The translations under genes and the position numbers were made by a program. From Salinispira sp. (GTDB lineage: Bacteria; Spirochaetota; Spirochaetia; DSM-27196; Salinispiraceae), in NCBI GenBank assembly GCA_965226555.1, contig CBDDDG010000010.1:1-64000 (forward strand): 64,000 bases of DNA. The letters are read 5' to 3'. Shown in pieces: positions 60,408 to 64,000 of the stretch; the stretch's first letter is position 1, and each line of letters starts with the position of its first letter. Under the pieces are notes generated by a model. It had not been told where the DNA came from and made no database searches. It saw only the letters and a program-made list of their open reading frames with translations.

Positions 60408-62396
60408 TTAATACCATGACGGTATCAGACTACCTGTCACTTTGGAACTACTGAACATACCTGTTGTGTCTCCGGTATATTTACCACCGCTGAGCGTCCA
60501 ATGATCCTTCCATTCCTCAAGATTTTGACCGAATGCGTTTGCTCCAGCAAACATATGCCGCATATTCGTTACCGAACTGACATCCCAGTTTGAGATATCG
60601 CCATTGAATCCCTGATTATAATAGAACATCAAACTCATATTCCTTACCGAGCTGACATCCCAACCCGAGATATCGCCATTGAATGCGTCTGCATTCCTGA
60701 ACATATCAGACATATCCGTTACCGCTGTAGTATTCCAACCGGAGATGTCGCCATTGAATGTGCTTGCATCTTGGAACATCCTCTTCATATTCGTTACCGA
60801 GCTGACATCCCAGTTTGAGATATCGCCATTGAATGCGTCTGCATAATAAAATATCCGGTACATACTCGTTACCGCGCTGACATCCCATCGGGAGATATCG
60901 CCATTGAACATGTTTGGATCTGAAGAAGTCCCACTAAAAACCCCGGTCATACTCGTTACTGCTGAGGTAATAATGTAGTTGAGATCGGCAGTATTTCCCC
61001 AGGTTGACATCCCCGTATTTACCGCTGTTTTCAGCGCTGAGTTAGTCCTTGGATTCACGGTAACATGGAAATGTTCGGAAAACCGTACAGTGTTCCCACT
61101 GTCTACGCCCGACACGAGGTATGTTCCTGCCGTTGTACTCGCGGTAACGGTAATAACTCCCGTACTCGGATCAACTGTCGGCAGGGTAACCGTTGCGGTT
61201 GGGGTAGTAACCGCGGTCAAAGAAACGGTTAAGTTATCAGCGGCAATCTGGTTATCTATAGCGGTCGAAAGAATTCCGTTCGTTGCCGTTCCCGCGGGAT
61301 GCTGTGTCCCTAAAACCGGAAATGGCACTGTTGCGGTGGCGGGAGGGGTAGACCAATCACTATCACCCGCCGCATTTCTGGCAAGCACTAGTACACCGTA
61401 AGTAATGCCGTTTGTCAGTCCGGTAATGGTGTGGCTTGTGCTGGTAATTCCTTCAATTATCTCTTTCGAACTCATATGATTCAAATTATAAATAAGCAAT
61501 TTATACTCGGTAATGGCGCTGCCGCCGTCATCATCGGGAGCTGTCCATGCTGCGCTGATCTGGGCGTTTCCGACGGTGAGCGTTGGAGCTGTCGGCACGC
61601 TGGGAACGGCAGCGGAGATTGCTGTTGTGGATTCAGACCAGTCACCACCTCCAATGCCATTGACAGCGCGCACCTGCACATCGTACTCGGTGCCGTTTGT
61701 CAGTCCGGTGATGACGTAGCTGGTATTTGTTCCGATGCCGGAGATAATTTCCGTCCAGCTGGTTCCGCCGTCTGAGCTATGGCGCAGATGATATGCGGTA
61801 ATATCGCTGCCGCCGTCATCATCGGGCGCTGTCCATGCTACGGTGAGCTGGGCGTTTCCGGTGATGAGCATTGGAGCTGTCGGCGCGCTGGGAGCTGTCG
61901 GCAAGTTGGGATCTGTCGGATCGCTGGGATCTGTCGGATCGCTGGGAACGACAGCGGCATCAGCTGTTGCGGATGCCGACCAGTCACCATTGCCCTGAGC
62001 GTTGACAGCGCGCACCTGTACTTCATAGCTACCGTCGGCTGTCAGCCCGGTTATGATGTAGCTGGTGCTTGTGCCGATGCCGGAGATAATTTCCGTCCAT
62101 TCGGTTCCGCCGTCTAAGCTATGGCGCAGATGATAGGCGGTAATTTCACTACCACCGTTGTCCGGCTCTTCCCAGAAAGCAACAATGTAATCAGATTCCT
62201 GAACAAGAGCGAGCGCTGTTATGGCAGACGGCGCCGAGAGCTCAGGCGGTGAATCGATTCCCAGATCGCCCGGAAGCGGATCCGTACAGGCTGCGAGAAG
62301 CAGTATTGGAGCCAGCATGAGCGCCTCCAACAGATACAATGTGAAATGTTTTCCATTTCCATTATTGGCAAAAATACAATGCGTTATATTTCGCAT
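60408..62396 (-). CDS. Surface lipoprotein with three FN3 domains and DUF285/BspA-like 25-aa repeats
   Basis: Lipobox LAAC; FN3 motifs; FNGDIS.WDVS.VT.M..MF repeats. Confidence 0.88.
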   Translation of the reverse strand: MRNITHCIFANNGNGKHFTLYLLEALMLAPILLLAACTDPLPGDLGIDSPPELSAPSAITALALVQESDYIVAFWEEPDNGGSEITAYHLRHSLDGGTEWTEIISGIGTSTSYIITGLTADGSYEVQVRAVNAQGNGDWSASATADAAVVPSDPTDPSDPTDPNLPTAPSAPTAPMLITGNAQLTVAWTAPDDDGGSDITAYHLRHSSDGGTSWTEIISGIGTNTSYVITGLTNGTEYDVQVRAVNGIGGGDWSESTTAISAAVPSVPTAPTLTVGNAQISAAWTAPDDDGGSAITEYKLLIYNLNHMSSKEIIEGITSTSHTITGLTNGITYGVLVLARNAAGDSDWSTPPATATVPFPVLGTQHPAGTATNGILSTAIDNQIAADNLTVSLTAVTTPTATVTLPTVDPSTGVITVTASTTAGTYLVSGVDSGNTVRFSEHFHVTVNPRTNSALKTAVNTGMSTWGNTADLNYIITSAVTSMTGVFSGTSSDPNMFNGDISRWDVSAVTSMYRIFYYADAFNGDISNWDVSSVTNMKRMFQDASTFNGDISGWNTTAVTDMSDMFRNADAFNGDISGWDVSSVRNMSLMFYYNQGFNGDISNWDVSSVTNMRHMFAGANAFGQNLEEWKDHWTLSGGKYTGDTTGMFSSSKVTGSLIPSWY

Positions 62397-62850
62397 ACAT
62401 TTTCCTCCTATAAAAGGTTAATATGAGTTATAAACTCAATTCATTAGCAACACCGCATGCTGCTGCCTGCATTTCCATCAATTTGCGCCACACGCAATTC
62501 CTTCGGCCCGTGTTTGGTCATTCATCTATGGTGTATTCTGCGATCAATCTAATATCTACCAACTCACAGTGGCCTTTTTATTATTCCTCCCTCATATCTC
62601 GTAACGGAAAAAATTTCACTGGTAACTATGTGTTTGAAAAGAATTTTGCAAAATTTGTGATTTTTTTTTGGGCGGGGGGAAAGGGTATCTCAAATGCTTA
62701 TATCTCACGAGATCTTCAATAATACATGGGAGATGTTAGTAGACCTTTTCGATAAGCCATTTTTGGCAGGTGTTGAGTAACAGCGAAACCGTGTCTGCTG
62801 GAGTTGAATCGCAAGGCTTTAATAGCCAATGGGGTTATGGGGTTATGAAA

Positions 62851-64000
62851 CTAATACCATGTCGGAAAATTTGGCTGCACCCCATCGGTCATGGTATCCG
62901 TATCCACATCCAAGCCGGAACTCGTAAACATATCTGTTTTGGTTCCGGTATATTTACCATTGGCATCGAGCTTGTTGCCAGTTTCGGACGTCCAATGGTC
63001 CTTCCACTCCTCAAGATTTTGAGTAAATGCGCGTGCGTCATAGAACATATAGCTCATATCCGTTACCGAACCGACATCCCAGACCGAGATATCGCCATTG
63101 AATGCGTCTGCGTTCCTGAACATAAAGCTCATATTTGTTACCGAGCTGACATTCCAGTCCGAGATATCGCCATTGAATGAGCCTGCGTTCCAGAACATAG
63201 CGAACATATTCGTTACCGAGCTGACATCCCAGTCCGAGATATCGCCATTGAATGAGCCTGCGTTCCAGAACATCAAACTCATATCCGTTACCGAACTGAC
63301 ATCCCAGCCATTAAGATCGCGTGTGAATGCGTCTGCGTCACTGAACATATAGCTCATAGTCGTTACAGAGCTGACATCCCAGCCCGAGATATCGCCATTA
63401 AATGCGTCTGCGCCACTGAACATCCCTATCATATCCGTTACCGAACTGACAACCCAGCTTGAGATATCGCCATTGAATGCGGTTGCGTTCCTAAACATCT
63501 CGTACATACGCGTTACCTTGCTGACATTCCAGTTTGAGATGTCGCTATTGAATGCGCGTGCGTCACTGAACATATAGCTCATATCCGTTACCGAACTGAC
63601 AGTCCAGCCCGAGATATCCCCATTGAATGCGGTTGCGTTCCTGAACATTTCCGACATATCCGTTACCGAACTGACAGTCCAGCCCGAGATATCGCCATTG
63701 AATGCGCGTGCGTCACTGAACATATAGCTCATATCCGTTACCGAACTGACAGTCCAGCCCGAGATATCGCCATTGAATGCGGTTGCGTTCCTGAACATTT
63801 CCGACATATCCGTTACCGAACTGACAGTCCAGCCCGAGATATCCCCATTGAATGCGGTTGCGTTCCTGAACATTTCCGACATATCCGTTACCGAACTGAC
63901 AGTCCAGCCCGAGATATCGCCATTGAATGCGCGTGCGTCACTGAACATATAGCTCATATCCGTTACCGAACTGACAGTCCAGCCCGAGATATCGCCATTG
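62851..64000 (-). CDS. DUF285/BspA-like repeat surface protein, C-terminal part (runs off the window end)
   Basis: At least 13 tandem 25-aa (75-bp) repeats FNGDISGWTVSSVTDMS.MF. Confidence 0.9.
   Translation of the reverse strand, partial: NGDISGWTVSSVTDMSYMFSDARAFNGDISGWTVSSVTDMSEMFRNATAFNGDISGWTVSSVTDMSEMFRNATAFNGDISGWTVSSVTDMSYMFSDARAFNGDISGWTVSSVTDMSEMFRNATAFNGDISGWTVSSVTDMSYMFSDARAFNSDISNWNVSKVTRMYEMFRNATAFNGDISSWVVSSVTDMIGMFSGADAFNGDISGWDVSSVTTMSYMFSDADAFTRDLNGWDVSSVTDMSLMFWNAGSFNGDISDWDVSSVTNMFAMFWNAGSFNGDISDWNVSSVTNMSFMFRNADAFNGDISVWDVGSVTDMSYMFYDARAFTQNLEEWKDHWTSETGNKLDANGKYTGTKTDMFTSSGLDVDTDTMTDGVQPNFPTWY

Noticed and set aside
63000..64000. 75-bp periodic repeats as CRISPR or DGR template/variable repeats
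   Set aside because: They are in-frame DUF285 coding repeats; there is no adenine-specific variation and no reverse transcriptase.

Overview
Window from a spirochaete chromosome. The assignment rests on the 16S sequence, archaeal-type PyrH, XPB helicase with its partner gene and unlinked rRNA genes; the FN3, FG-GAP and DUF285 surface proteins suggest a host-associated lifestyle (inference). Core genes include XPB and partner, ComM/YifB, rnhA, a DEAD-box helicase, a MATE transporter, ppdK, galK, a sugar ABC transporter with a GH63 hydrolase, pyrH, lgt, a solitary 16S, a separate 23S-5S unit and tRNA-Ala. Accessory content includes an IS3 end, several PD-(D/E)XK-type nucleases, a ThaI-like R-M pair, a tRNA-adjacent TerB-GTPase/GTPase/small-membrane-protein island, two tandem Rpn genes and repeat-rich lipoproteins. 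Most notable: (1) a ~440-nt intervening sequence in 23S helix 45, closed by a 23-bp inverted repeat, carrying a sense-strand ORF for a lipoprotein-like beta-repeat protein rather than the usual four-helix-bundle IVS protein; (2) tandem rpn genes with strong internal SD-ATG starts, followed by an unannotated stand-alone RpnS-like ORF; (3) six same-orientation AATTYAACCAT sites, some with hairpins, at accessory-gene boundaries; (4) a 13-bp VNTR and a homopolymer frameshift in the 5' ends of two paralogous lipoprotein genes; (5) a 127-bp multi-hairpin dispersed repeat family; (6) an AAC(6')-OmpA fusion. All calls are by eye and no database searches were run.
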